From an uncultured Clostridia bacterium (lineage in GTDB: Bacteria; Bacillota; Clostridia; Tissierellales; Peptoniphilaceae), in NCBI GenBank assembly GCA_947630985.1, contig CANRJQ010000009.1:15168-39167 (forward strand): a stretch of 24,000 bases of DNA. Reading direction: 5' to 3'. Below are positions 1 through 9,135 of this stretch, in pieces. A program made the translations under genes and the position numbers. The notes below the pieces were generated by a model that was not told the origin of the DNA, made no database searches, and saw nothing but the letters and a program-made list of their open reading frames with translations. Numbering within the stretch: the stretch's first letter is position 1; the number at the start of each line of letters is the position of its first letter.

Positions 1-324
1 TCAAAATTGTATATTGGAGATAAGGGTGAAATAACCTTGTTTGATGAAGAAATAAGTCAAATGGTAAATGTAGATGACTTAAGTCAAGGTACAATTGGGC
101 AAGTTTATTTAGCTTATAGATTGGGATTAATTGTAAATTCAGGTATAGATTTCCCCATATTTATAGATGATGGACTAACTCTTTATGACGAGGAAAGAAA
201 AAAAGCTAGCCTAAATTTGTTAAAGAAAATCTCTAAAGATTATCAAATAATATTTTTTACAAATCATAAAGACATTCTATTTGATAATCAATTAAATGAA
301 GGTATAAACTTAATTAATTTATAG
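1..324 (+). CDS. C-terminal fragment of an SMC/Rad50/YhaN-like AAA ATPase (5' end lies outside the window)
   Basis: The frame is open from nt 1, so the TTG at 7 is only the first possible start in the track. The translation has an ABC/SMC signature-like LSQGTIGQ followed by a Walker B/D-loop-like PIFIDDGLTLYD. Stop is TAG 322-324. Confidence 0.6.
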   Translation, partial: SKLYIGDKGEITLFDEEISQMVNVDDLSQGTIGQVYLAYRLGLIVNSGIDFPIFIDDGLTLYDEERKKASLNLLKKISKDYQIIFFTNHKDILFDNQLNEGINLINL

Positions 325-329
325 GAGAA

Positions 330-1019
330 ATGATGATTTGGAGTATAGGAGACTTGCACTTTGATCATACGAAGTCCAAGTCCATGGATATTTTTGGAGA
401 AAATTGGATTAACCATGAAAAGAAAATAATGGAGTCATGGATAAATAACGTGTCACCTGAAGACCTAGTTTTAGTTCCAGGTGATATTTCTTGGGCATTA
501 AAACTAGAGGACAGCATTGAAGATTTAAAAAAAATTGACGAATTGCCAGGAACTAAATGTTTTATAAAAGGAAATCATGACTATTGGTGGGGAACGAAAT
601 CTAAATTAGAATCCTTGGGGTTCAATTCTATAAATTACATATATAATGATCATGTAGAATATGGAGATTATATTATTAGTGGAACTCGTGGTTGGTACTC
701 TAGGGACTCAGAGATATTTACAGAAGAAGACGAAAAAATCTTTGTAAGAGAAATTAATAGATTAAAACGATCACTGGACAGTTATCGAGGTGATATGAGT
801 GGCAAGAAAAGAATAGTGATGATTCATTATCCGCCATTTAATTGTGCCAAAAGTCCCAACGAATTTTTAGAGCTGATGATTGAATATAAAGTAGATACTT
901 GTGTATATGGACATTTACATGGCGAGGGGCATTATTTTGCAATAGAAGGTAATTTTTCTGGCGTGGAACTTTTATGTGTATCTAGCGATTATTTAGACTT
1001 TAAATTAAAATCAATATAA
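330..1019 (+). CDS. Calcineurin-like metallophosphoesterase
   Basis: All five metallophosphoesterase motifs are visible: GDLHFDH, VPGDISW, GNHDYWW, MIHYPP and YGHLHG. There are tandem ATGs at 330 and 333. With AGGAG at 323-327, the second ATG (333) is the better-spaced start. Confidence 0.8.
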   Translation: MMIWSIGDLHFDHTKSKSMDIFGENWINHEKKIMESWINNVSPEDLVLVPGDISWALKLEDSIEDLKKIDELPGTKCFIKGNHDYWWGTKSKLESLGFNSINYIYNDHVEYGDYIISGTRGWYSRDSEIFTEEDEKIFVREINRLKRSLDSYRGDMSGKKRIVMIHYPPFNCAKSPNEFLELMIEYKVDTCVYGHLHGEGHYFAIEGNFSGVELLCVSSDYLDFKLKSI

Positions 1020-1029
1020 TTAAATTCTT

Positions 1030-1058
1030 TTGGAAATTACTCAGTTATAGGGTATAAT
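1030..1058 (+). promoter_or_regulatory. Putative sigma-A promoter for ppsA
   Basis: TTGGAA (1030-1035), 17-nt spacer, TATAAT (1053-1058), about 35 nt upstream of the ATG at 1093. Confidence 0.4.
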
Positions 1059-1092
1059 TAAACATAGAAAAAAGAAATTGGAGGTAGAAAAT

Positions 1093-3435
1093 ATGTCAAA
1101 GTATAGATATATTAAACGCTTCAATGAAGTAGGGAAAAATGATATCCCAATAGTTGGCGGAAAAGGTGCAAATTTAGGTGAAATGACCCAAATGGGTTTG
1201 GATGTTCCACCGGGATTTTGCGTAACAAGTTCAGCGTATAACTACTTTATTGACTACACAAATTTGAATGAAACTGTAAAAGTATTATTAGAAAGACTAG
1301 ATGTGGACAACCCAGATTCTCTTACCTTGGTTAGCGAAAGATTACAAGCTAAACTAAATGAGAGTAAAATTCCTGAAGACCTTGAGGCAGAAATAAGAGC
1401 TGCTTATAGGGACTTTAGTAAAGCGGTCGATCTAGAAAATCCCCTTGTGGCTGTAAGATCATCTGCTACTGCTGAAGATCTACCAGATGCTTCTTTTGCA
1501 GGTCAACAAGATACTTATCTTCACATTGCTGGAGAAGACGAATTGCTTAAACATATTAGAATGTGCTGGGCTTCTTTATGGACTGCAAGAGCTATATACT
1601 ACAGAGAGAAACAAAAATTTGATCACTTTGATGTAGCGTTAAGTGTAGTAGTTCAAAAAATGGTAAATAGCGAAAAAAGTGGAGTAATGTTCACCGCAAA
1701 TCCAATTTCTCAAAATCTAGACGAAATGATGATAAATGCTAGTTATGGATTAGGAGAGGCTGTAGTTAGCGGTATGGTAACTCCTGATGAATATATTGTA
1801 AATAAGAAGACAAAACAAATTGTAGAAACTACTATTTCTGAAAAAAATGTAATGGTAATTAAAGCTGACGATGGAATAGGTACACGACTAGTCCAAGTAG
1901 CGGATTATCTAGGAAATGAAGCTGTTTCCAGTGAGTGTTTAAGCTCATATGAATTGAGTACTTTGATAGATTATGGTATAAAAATTGAAAATTTATATAA
2001 AAGCATTCAAGATATTGAGTGGGGAATAGATGAAGATACTAAAAAACTTTATATATTACAGTCTAGACCTATTACTACAATAAAAGAAGATGAAAAAGAA
2101 GAGCTTATTGTCTTGGTTAAAGGACTTGCAGCTTCTCCAGGAATCGGAAGAGGAAAAGTAAGAATAGTAGAGGACCTGACCAATATTAACCAAGTTGAAG
2201 ACGGAGACGTACTGGTAACTGGTATGACGAATCCTGACATGGTACCTGCTATGAGAAAATGTGCAGCTGTTGTAACTGACGAAGGTGGAAGAACTTGCCA
2301 CGCTGCTATTGTATCTAGAGAGCTTGGAATTCCTTGTATAGTTGGTGCAAAAAGCGCAACTAAGGATTTGACCGAAGGACAATTTGTTACCGTAGACTCT
2401 ACTAGGGGAGTAGTTTACGAAGGAAATGTTTTAAATAAGAAAACTGATGATGAAAAACCGACTGAGGGAGCATCAGGACCATTTGTCATTACAGAGGAAC
2501 TTAAAAATTATTTAGCTCCAATAACTGCAACTAAGATATATATGAACTTAGGACAGCCTGACTTGATTGAAAAGCATAAGCAACTTCCCTTTGATGGAAT
2601 AGGTCTTATGAGGACAGAGTTTATATTTACCAATATGATTGGCGCGCATCCTATGTATTTGATCGAAACAGGTCAACAACAACTAATGGTTGATAAATTA
2701 GTTGAAGGAATTTATGCTGTAGCTTCTGCGATATATCCTAAGCAATTAACAGTTAGACTTTCAGACTTTAGAACTAACGAGTACAGAGGCCTAAAAGGTG
2801 GAGAAGAAGTAGAGCCCATTGAACAAAATCCTATGATTGGATGGAGAGGGGTATCTAGATATATTTCTCCAGAATATGAAGCAGGATTTAGATTAGAATG
2901 CCAAGCAATTAAAAAGGTTCGAGAAGATCACGGTCTTAAAAATGTAGTAGTTATGCTTCCGTTTGTAAGAACTCCAGAAGAGCTTATAAAAGTCAAGGAA
3001 ATAATGGCTGATGAAGGTTTAGTTCAAAGTGTTGACTTTAAACTATGGATTATGGCTGAAGTACCTTCAGTTGTTATGATGGCAGAAGAATTTGCGCAAT
3101 TGGTGGATGGTTTCTCCATTGGAAGTAACGACTTGACTCAACTAGTCATGGGAGCTGATAGGGATTCTGAAAAAATGAATAACATGGGCTACTTTGACGA
3201 AAGAAATGAAGCTGTTAAAAGAGCTGTAAAGGTCATAATCGAAGCTGCTAAAAAATATGGTAAGACAGTATCCATTTGTGGCCAAGGACCATCACAGTAT
3301 CCAGAATTTGCAGAATTCTTAGTACAAAATGGTATCACATCTATAAGCGTAAACCCAGATACAGTAGAGTACACTAGAAAACTAGTAGCACAAGTAGAAC
3401 AAAAAATACTGTTAGATAAATTGATGAAACAATAA
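1093..3435 (+). CDS. ppsA: Phosphoenolpyruvate synthase (pyruvate, water dikinase)
   Basis: N-terminal PPDK_N/ATP-grasp region. Phosphohistidine swivel motif GGRTCHAAIVSRELGIPCIVG. C-terminal PEP-utilising barrel with ICGQGPS. The track start TTG 1078 overlaps the SD; GGAGGT at 1081-1086 is correctly spaced for ATG 1093 (MSKYRYIK...). Confidence 0.9.
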   Translation: MSKYRYIKRFNEVGKNDIPIVGGKGANLGEMTQMGLDVPPGFCVTSSAYNYFIDYTNLNETVKVLLERLDVDNPDSLTLVSERLQAKLNESKIPEDLEAEIRAAYRDFSKAVDLENPLVAVRSSATAEDLPDASFAGQQDTYLHIAGEDELLKHIRMCWASLWTARAIYYREKQKFDHFDVALSVVVQKMVNSEKSGVMFTANPISQNLDEMMINASYGLGEAVVSGMVTPDEYIVNKKTKQIVETTISEKNVMVIKADDGIGTRLVQVADYLGNEAVSSECLSSYELSTLIDYGIKIENLYKSIQDIEWGIDEDTKKLYILQSRPITTIKEDEKEELIVLVKGLAASPGIGRGKVRIVEDLTNINQVEDGDVLVTGMTNPDMVPAMRKCAAVVTDEGGRTCHAAIVSRELGIPCIVGAKSATKDLTEGQFVTVDSTRGVVYEGNVLNKKTDDEKPTEGASGPFVITEELKNYLAPITATKIYMNLGQPDLIEKHKQLPFDGIGLMRTEFIFTNMIGAHPMYLIETGQQQLMVDKLVEGIYAVASAIYPKQLTVRLSDFRTNEYRGLKGGEEVEPIEQNPMIGWRGVSRYISPEYEAGFRLECQAIKKVREDHGLKNVVVMLPFVRTPEELIKVKEIMADEGLVQSVDFKLWIMAEVPSVVMMAEEFAQLVDGFSIGSNDLTQLVMGADRDSEKMNNMGYFDERNEAVKRAVKVIIEAAKKYGKTVSICGQGPSQYPEFAEFLVQNGITSISVNPDTVEYTRKLVAQVEQKILLDKLMKQ

Positions 3436-3450
3436 TAATTGAAAATGATA

Positions 3451-3478
3451 AAAAAAGACTCCACTGTGAGTCTTTTTT
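3451..3478. terminator. Bidirectional intrinsic terminator between convergent ppsA and the alaX-like gene
   Basis: Perfect 11-bp stem AAAAAAGACTC / GAGTCTTTTTT with loop CACTGT. The A-tract and T-tract flanks let it work on both strands. Confidence 0.75.
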
Positions 3479-3481
3479 AAA

Positions 3482-4678
3482 TCATATATTCAAATTTTCA
3501 AGCTCATTTCTAAAAATATCAATTACATTTTCATTTTTTGAAATATATATAATTCCTTGGAGAAGCTTTTTATTACCTCCACCTCTTAAATTATATTTGT
3601 TTTTTAGCCTATCCATTAAAAGTTCCATATTAATAGTGGTATTGCCACAAGGTTTAATTAAGAATTGAACTAACTCATTGTTTTGATGATATAGAATCAA
3701 TATAATATTATCTTCTTCGAAAAACTTTGAATAATTAATAGCCTCGGAAAAATTAAGTCTATAAAAGTTTTCAAAGAGCAATTTATAATTTCCTAAGTGT
3801 TCAAGATTGGTCATGGAATTTTCTTTTAATAATTGGAAGAAGCTGTTCTTTAATGAGGCGTAATTTTCGGACAAAGAAATTTTAGATTCTACATGCATAT
3901 CGAATTTTTCAATAAGATTGTCGCTATTAGCAGATAGTTTTTCGGCTAAATTATAAACAATATTATTCTTTTTTGTATAATCCAATAATGATTCTTTACC
4001 TACCAAAACCTTTACTCTAGCTTTTCCATTTTGCTTATAAATCTCGATTATTTTTAATAATCCAAGCTCTCCCGTGTAATTTACATGTGTACCGCCGCAT
4101 GCAGAATAGTCTATGGAATCAATTTCTACGACACGCAAGTTTTTATTGACCTTTGGGGATTTTCTAAAATCTATTTTGCTTTTATCTTCTTCTTTAGGAA
4201 AATACGATTTTACTAAAAAATTATTTTGTACTATGGTATTAGCTAATTCTTCTACTTTTTCAGTTTCGTAATTTTCTAAATAGTCAGTATCTAAATCGAT
4301 AGTTATGAACCCATCAGATGCATGAAAGCTAATAGTGGGAATATCAAATAATCTGTGAAAACACGAAGAGATAATATGTTGAGCTGTATGTTGTTGCATA
4401 ATTTGGAAACGATGTTCCCAATCTATTTTAACCAATGCAGTACTGCCGGGAATTTTATCTTTTGTGATATGTATAATTTTCCCATCTTTCTCTATAGATT
4501 TTTCAACGATCACGTCATTTATCCATCCTTTATCGCCTCTTTGGCCACCCACACCGTCAGGATAAAAAATAGTTTTGTCTAAAATCGTATGATACTCATC
4601 TCCTACTTTTCTATTTAGGAGTACTTTTCCTTCTACCTCATTTAAATAAGAGTTAATCATATATAATTTTTCAGTCAT
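3482..4678 (-). CDS. alaX: AlaX-L-type alanyl-tRNA editing protein (Ala/Thr-tRNA synthetase second additional domain plus DHHA1-like C-terminus)
   Basis: Zinc/editing motifs HTAQHIISSCFH and CGGTHV, and a C-terminal GGGNKKLLQG. The track ORF extends to 4786, but ATG at 4678 (MTEKLYMINSY...) has GGTGA 5 nt upstream. The extra 36 codons would overlap comEC. Confidence 0.8.
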   Translation of the reverse strand: MTEKLYMINSYLNEVEGKVLLNRKVGDEYHTILDKTIFYPDGVGGQRGDKGWINDVIVEKSIEKDGKIIHITKDKIPGSTALVKIDWEHRFQIMQQHTAQHIISSCFHRLFDIPTISFHASDGFITIDLDTDYLENYETEKVEELANTIVQNNFLVKSYFPKEEDKSKIDFRKSPKVNKNLRVVEIDSIDYSACGGTHVNYTGELGLLKIIEIYKQNGKARVKVLVGKESLLDYTKKNNIVYNLAEKLSANSDNLIEKFDMHVESKISLSENYASLKNSFFQLLKENSMTNLEHLGNYKLLFENFYRLNFSEAINYSKFFEEDNIILILYHQNNELVQFLIKPCGNTTINMELLMDRLKNKYNLRGGGNKKLLQGIIYISKNENVIDIFRNELENLNI

Positions 4679-4745
4679 TTCAATCACCAAATACATTTTA
4701 TCATAGAATCGTTTTCTTACAAATAGAATCTGATATAATAATATT
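4679..4745. promoter_or_regulatory. Divergent promoter region for alaX (-) and comEC (+)
   Basis: On the + strand there is an extended -10, TGaTATAAT (4731-4739), only 6 nt before the comEC ATG. On the - strand there is TTGTAA (4722-4717), a 16-nt spacer and TGaTAAAAT (-10 at 4700-4695). That -10 lies very close to the alaX SD, so an alternative TTGCGA-16-TATTAT further upstream, inside the comEC 5' end, is also possible. Confidence 0.4.
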
Positions 4746-7067
4746 ATGGAAAATAAGATTCGCAATTGTATGATAGGTTTAATCATAGGGATACTAATAT
4801 TTTTTGAATTGAATATTTATTTTTATTTTGCATTTCTAGTTATTGTTGCAACTTTTGTAATTGCTACGAATTCGCATGATAGCCAGTATTTTCTTTTTGG
4901 TGTCTTGCTTTTATCATTTTATATTATATTTTTCCATAATACTTTTAACTATGAAATAGGACAAGAGATTGAAATCTCTGGAGAAGTTACAAGGGTAAAT
5001 AAAAGATATGATAGTTATCAACGTATAGAAGTATTGACAAAAGGTAATGGAAAATTTTCTATTGCTACTAGAGGAGATGTGAAATATGAGCTATTTGACT
5101 TAGTAGAAGGTACTATTGAGATAGAAGGTATTGGCGGCCATTACAATTTTAATTTTCAAAATCGTGAAGACTACTTTTTTGTGAAAAATATTATTAACAA
5201 TGCAAAATCTTATGACTTAACTAGAGCTGACAATCCATCATTAATAAAAAATTTGAAACTTAAAATTATTGCCAATATAACTTCCATCATAGACAATTAT
5301 TTTTCTGCTGAAAATAGAGGCATAATAAAAAAGATAGTATTAGCTGATGGAAGTGATATGGACGAAGATATTGAAGAATTGTATCAAGAAGGGGGATTAG
5401 CTCATTTACTTGCGATTTCAGGGCTACATATATTCATTCTTATAGGTGTTTTAGAATTCTTATTTATTAAAATGGTAATAAAATACAATTCGAGATTTAC
5501 GATTGTTTTTTCCATTTTAATTTTATACGGATTTATTCTTGATTATCCTCCATCTGTAAGTAGGGCAATGCTAATGTACTTCATAAGAGAAATTTCAGCA
5601 ATTAGCAAATTTAAAATTACATCTACATCGGTAATATATTTAGCTTGTATCATATTATTGACTATTTATCCAAAGTGGCTATATGATTTGGGGTTTCAAT
5701 TAAGTTTTATTTCAGTATATGGTATTTCTATTATGTATGAAAGACTAAACATAAATAAAAATAATTATTTATTAAATTCCTTGGCTTTATATTTAAGTGT
5801 AAATATATTATTATTTCCTTTACTTGTATATAATTTTAATAATTTCAACCTAGTTTCACTAATCGCTAATCTATTTATGACTCCGATTATTTCTTTTGTG
5901 CTAATAGGAACATATATAGGTTTAATTTTGGAAAATTTTCTTGGAATTGGAGGTTTACTATTAAGCACTTTGGATTTACTTCTTGAAGGCTCAAGTTTTT
6001 ACCTAGATCATATGGTATCATTTTTAGATTTTAGATTTAGAATTTATTATCCAGGTATTAATTTTGTGATTATGTACTATGTATTTTTATTTTTGATACT
6101 AAATAAATCTTTAATTAAAATATTTTATAGAAATAGACAGATAATTGGAGTTTCATTTTCTTTAATAATTTTAGCTTCACTAGTTATGGGAAGTGGAAAT
6201 GCCCTTTATTTAGGATTTTACGATGTTGGACAAGGAGATAGTGCTTATATTTTATACAAGGATAAATACATACAAATAGATACTGGTGGCACCATAAACT
6301 CTTCTTATAATCCTGGTGAAGAAGTTACAGCTAGGGGAATGATCAAAAGAGGTATAGATAAAATTGACATATTAATTTTAAGTCATTTTGATGAAGATCA
6401 CACAGGTGGAACCGAAAAGCTTTTGGAAAAAAACTTAGTGGAAAATGTGATAATAAATAAAAAAGAAGTTGGGAACAGAACTTTTGAATCCATTGAAAAC
6501 AGCAATGCAAAAATTTATTATCCTGTAAAAAATACACCTTTGATTATAGATAAAGATTTTAAAATGGAGTTTTTAAATATAAAGCCAGATGAATTTATAC
6601 AATCCAATGACTCATCCCTTATTGTTTTAATTACATATAAGAATACGAAAATTTTATTTACTGGAGATGCTTCATCTAATCTAGAAGATGAATTGCTTGG
6701 AGTTATTGGAAATATTGATATCTTAAAAGTAGCACATCATGGTTCAGAGAATTCTACAAGTAGAAATTTTTCATATTCTACCAGACCTAAATTTAGTATA
6801 ATTTCTGTGGGTAAAAACAACTCTTATGGTCATCCTTCGAAAAAAGTACTGGACAATTTAAATAATATTAACAGTAAAATATTAAGAACGGATTTAGAAG
6901 GGGAAATTATTTTTAAAATAGACGATAAAATATCCTATAAAACTTACAAAAATCCACAAGGGTTAAGAACAGATATGGGATTACAAGTTTTTTCTGCTAT
7001 AATATTTATTATGACCTTGGTACAAATAAAGAAAAATGAGGAGTCAAATGAAATACGGAGAATTTAG
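4746..7067 (+). CDS. comEC: DNA internalisation competence protein ComEC/Rec2
   Basis: Polytopic hydrophobic competence domain (GGLAHLLAISGLH). C-terminal metallo-beta-lactamase domain with DVGQGDSAYI, LSHFDEDHTGG and KVAHHGS. The comEC-holA-rpsT synteny is typical of Firmicutes. Confidence 0.9.
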   Translation: MENKIRNCMIGLIIGILIFFELNIYFYFAFLVIVATFVIATNSHDSQYFLFGVLLLSFYIIFFHNTFNYEIGQEIEISGEVTRVNKRYDSYQRIEVLTKGNGKFSIATRGDVKYELFDLVEGTIEIEGIGGHYNFNFQNREDYFFVKNIINNAKSYDLTRADNPSLIKNLKLKIIANITSIIDNYFSAENRGIIKKIVLADGSDMDEDIEELYQEGGLAHLLAISGLHIFILIGVLEFLFIKMVIKYNSRFTIVFSILILYGFILDYPPSVSRAMLMYFIREISAISKFKITSTSVIYLACIILLTIYPKWLYDLGFQLSFISVYGISIMYERLNINKNNYLLNSLALYLSVNILLFPLLVYNFNNFNLVSLIANLFMTPIISFVLIGTYIGLILENFLGIGGLLLSTLDLLLEGSSFYLDHMVSFLDFRFRIYYPGINFVIMYYVFLFLILNKSLIKIFYRNRQIIGVSFSLIILASLVMGSGNALYLGFYDVGQGDSAYILYKDKYIQIDTGGTINSSYNPGEEVTARGMIKRGIDKIDILILSHFDEDHTGGTEKLLEKNLVENVIINKKEVGNRTFESIENSNAKIYYPVKNTPLIIDKDFKMEFLNIKPDEFIQSNDSSLIVLITYKNTKILFTGDASSNLEDELLGVIGNIDILKVAHHGSENSTSRNFSYSTRPKFSIISVGKNNSYGHPSKKVLDNLNNINSKILRTDLEGEIIFKIDDKISYKTYKNPQGLRTDMGLQVFSAIIFIMTLVQIKKNEESNEIRRI

Positions 7068-8070
7068 AAAACAAATTGAAAATAAAAATATAAATGGAGC
7101 CTATCTATTTACTGGTGAAGAAGGGCTTGTCATGGAAAGGACTATAGAATATATAGTTAATACATTTGTAAACCCAACTTTCAAAGACTTCAATTACACC
7201 TATTTAAATAGTATAGATTTGGAGTTAGATAATTTTTATAGTTCAATAGAAACCCTTCCGTTCATGAGTGACAAAAGGGTAGTGATAATTAATGAGTTAA
7301 ACAACTTGCAAACTAAACAAAATTTAAGTGACGTTTTTTTTGAAACACTAAAAAATATATCTGATGATACGATCGTAATTTTTCATGATTCGGATCAGAA
7401 TCTTAAAAAGAATACTAAACTATATAAATTTTTTAAAGGAATTAATAAAGTGATTGAATTCGACAAGCTAAACAATCACGAACTATCCAAATTTTTAAAA
7501 AAAGAGATATTAAAAAGAGACAAAGCAATTAATGAAGGTGACTTGTCGTATTTTATCATGCTGTCTGGATATCACAATAAAAAAGTAGATGTGAATCTAT
7601 ATGATGTGGAAACAGAAGTGGAAAAATTAATATCTTATTCTTCAAGTGAAAGAATTACAAGAGAAGAAATAAATAAGACAACTGAGAAGGCGAATGACAG
7701 TGATATTTTTAATTTATTAGAAGGGCTTGCTAATAAAAATTCAGCTGATTCCTTAAGATACCTACACGATTTATATGACAAGAACGAATCATTAAATGGT
7801 ATATTGTATATGATTCAAAGAAGGTACAGACAAATGTATAAGTATTCGAGTTTATACCAAGATATGAAAAGTGAAGTGGATATAAAAAAAATTATAGGAA
7901 TTCCTTCTGATTATGAATTTAAAATAGTTTCCAAAATATCTAGAGGGACAGATCTTTGCGATTTAAGAGATAATTTAGAGAAGATATTGGATATAGACAA
8001 GAAGCTCAAATCTACTTCTCAAGACCAATTATTGTTGATGGAATATTTAATAGTGGATATGTGTAAATAA
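7048..8070 (+). CDS. holA: DNA polymerase III delta subunit
   Basis: Size and N-terminal pattern (GAYLFTGEEGLVMERTIEYI) fit HolA, as does its position after comEC. GAGGAG at 7038-7043 favours ATG 7048 over the track start at 7036. The gene overlaps the comEC 3' end by 20 nt. Confidence 0.8.
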   Translation: MKYGEFRKQIENKNINGAYLFTGEEGLVMERTIEYIVNTFVNPTFKDFNYTYLNSIDLELDNFYSSIETLPFMSDKRVVIINELNNLQTKQNLSDVFFETLKNISDDTIVIFHDSDQNLKKNTKLYKFFKGINKVIEFDKLNNHELSKFLKKEILKRDKAINEGDLSYFIMLSGYHNKKVDVNLYDVETEVEKLISYSSSERITREEINKTTEKANDSDIFNLLEGLANKNSADSLRYLHDLYDKNESLNGILYMIQRRYRQMYKYSSLYQDMKSEVDIKKIIGIPSDYEFKIVSKISRGTDLCDLRDNLEKILDIDKKLKSTSQDQLLLMEYLIVDMCK

Positions 8071-8074
8071 AAAT

Positions 8075-8096
8075 AATCCCCTGATTTCAGAGGATT
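8075..8096. terminator. Weak hairpin between convergent holA and rpsT
   Basis: AATCCCCTG / CAGAGGATT form 9 bp with one C-A mismatch and loop ATTT. The flanks are only moderately T-rich. Confidence 0.35.
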
Positions 8097-8100
8097 AAAT

Positions 8101-8367
8101 TTATTTTACTAAAGAATTAAATTTTTTAGTTAATTGTCCAATTTTTCTAGAAGCTGTGTTTTTGTGAAAAACATTTTTTGATTGTGCTTTTCTCAATTTA
8201 CTTTCTGCTAGATTTAGATATTTTTTTGCTTTATCCATGTCAGCGCCTTCTATTGCGTCTTCAAATTTTTTCACATAAGTTTTAATTTGAGATTTTAGAG
8301 ACTTATTTCTAAGAGCATTTCTCTTAGCTATTTCAGCTCTTTTCAATGAAGATTTTATATTTGCCAT
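8101..8367 (-). CDS. rpsT: 30S ribosomal protein S20
   Basis: The 88-aa basic protein MANIKSSLKRAEIAKRNALRNKS... is characteristic of S20. GGAGGTG SD lies upstream on the - strand. Confidence 0.95.
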   Translation of the reverse strand: MANIKSSLKRAEIAKRNALRNKSLKSQIKTYVKKFEDAIEGADMDKAKKYLNLAESKLRKAQSKNVFHKNTASRKIGQLTKKFNSLVK

Positions 8368-8410
8368 TTTAATACACCTCCATACATGTTTAAATCTTTA
8401 CGTAAACTAT

Positions 8411-8439
8411 ATTATAGTAGAACTAATGGAATAATTCAA
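8411..8439 (-). promoter_or_regulatory. Putative sigma-A promoter for rpsT
   Basis: On the - strand: TTGAAT (8439-8434), 17-nt spacer, TATAAT (8416-8411). Confidence 0.5.
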
Positions 8440-8508
8440 TAAATAATTGCAAAGATTGAAGAAAAAAATGTAAAATAGTTCTTGAAGTAGTTGCATAACG
8501 TAAAATAC

Positions 8509-8537
8509 TTTAATAAATGTTTAAATAATGGTACAAT
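8509..8537 (+). promoter_or_regulatory. Putative extended -10 promoter for lepB-lepA
   Basis: TGgTACAAT (8529-8537) with a weak -35, TTTAAT (8509-8514). Confidence 0.3.
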
Positions 8538-8565
8538 ACTATTATTAGAAAGAGGTAGGTTTGAT

Positions 8566-9132
8566 ATGGATAGAGGTAAAGTTTCTGAAAAAGATGCAAA
8601 GAAATCTTTTTTTAGTGAAGTGATTGGATGGGTTATGGCAATTGTTTTTGCTGTGATTCTGGCATTATTCATCAAGACTTTTATTTTTAATACCACAATA
8701 GTTCAAGGAAGCTCCATGTATCCCACATTGGAAAATGGAGATAAGCTCATTTCCCTTAAAATAACACTTTTAATAGACAATCCTGATAAAGGAGACATTG
8801 TCATCTTTGATTCACCTTTAAATCCCCAAGACGATTACATAAAAAGAGTAATCGCAGTGGAAGGGGATGAAGTTAGAATTGCTGATGGCTTAGTTTATGT
8901 AAATGGTAAAAAGCTGGATGAATATTATATAGAAAATGGAATAAGTACACAATTAGATAATAGTATTGACCATTGGAAAATTGGCAAAGACATGGTATTT
9001 GTTTTAGGCGATAACAGGAATTATAGAGCTTCAACAGACTCTAGAGTTTTTGGTGAAATACCATTGGATATAGTAAAAGGAGAAGCGGTATTTAGATATT
9101 ATCCTTTAAATAAAATTGGAGTGATACGTTAA
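8566..9132 (+). CDS. lepB: Signal peptidase I
   Basis: N-terminal TM helix, catalytic Ser box GSSMYPTL, Lys box KRVIAVEGD and GDNRNYRASTDSR. AGAGGTAGG at 8551-8559 fits ATG 8566 (MDRGKV...), so the track start at 8491 is an artificial extension. Confidence 0.9.
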   Translation: MDRGKVSEKDAKKSFFSEVIGWVMAIVFAVILALFIKTFIFNTTIVQGSSMYPTLENGDKLISLKITLLIDNPDKGDIVIFDSPLNPQDDYIKRVIAVEGDEVRIADGLVYVNGKKLDEYYIENGISTQLDNSIDHWKIGKDMVFVLGDNRNYRASTDSRVFGEIPLDIVKGEAVFRYYPLNKIGVIR

Positions 9133-9135
9133 CAG

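Noticed and set aside
2049-2382. Two overlapping minus-strand ORFs (63 and 108 aa) inside ppsA
   Set aside because: They are antisense to a confidently identified, motif-rich gene. Their translations are low-complexity and Ser/Phe-rich with no SD, as expected for chance ORFs in AT-rich DNA.
3189-3464. 91-aa minus-strand ORF overlapping the ppsA 3' end and the terminator
   Set aside because: It is antisense to the conserved ppsA C-terminus (ICGQGPS region) and runs through the terminator hairpin. It has no start context.
4355-4582. 75-aa plus-strand ORF inside the alaX-like gene
   Set aside because: It is antisense to the region encoding the HTAQH editing motif and shows no SD or recognisable sequence.
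4679-4786. N-terminal 36-codon extension of the alaX-like ORF as drawn in the track
   Set aside because: The extension (MIKPIIQLRILFSIILLYQILF...) would overlap the comEC start and the shared promoter region. ATG 4678 has a proper GGTGA SD and yields a homologue-like N-terminus.
5765-6537. Minus-strand ORFs 5765-5968 and 6343-6537 inside comEC
   Set aside because: They are antisense to the comEC membrane and beta-lactamase domains, with no translation signals.
8436-8696. 86-aa minus-strand ORF across the rpsT/lepB intergenic region and the lepB 5' end
   Set aside because: It overlaps the lepB TM-encoding region in antisense and spans both promoters. The composition is not protein-like.
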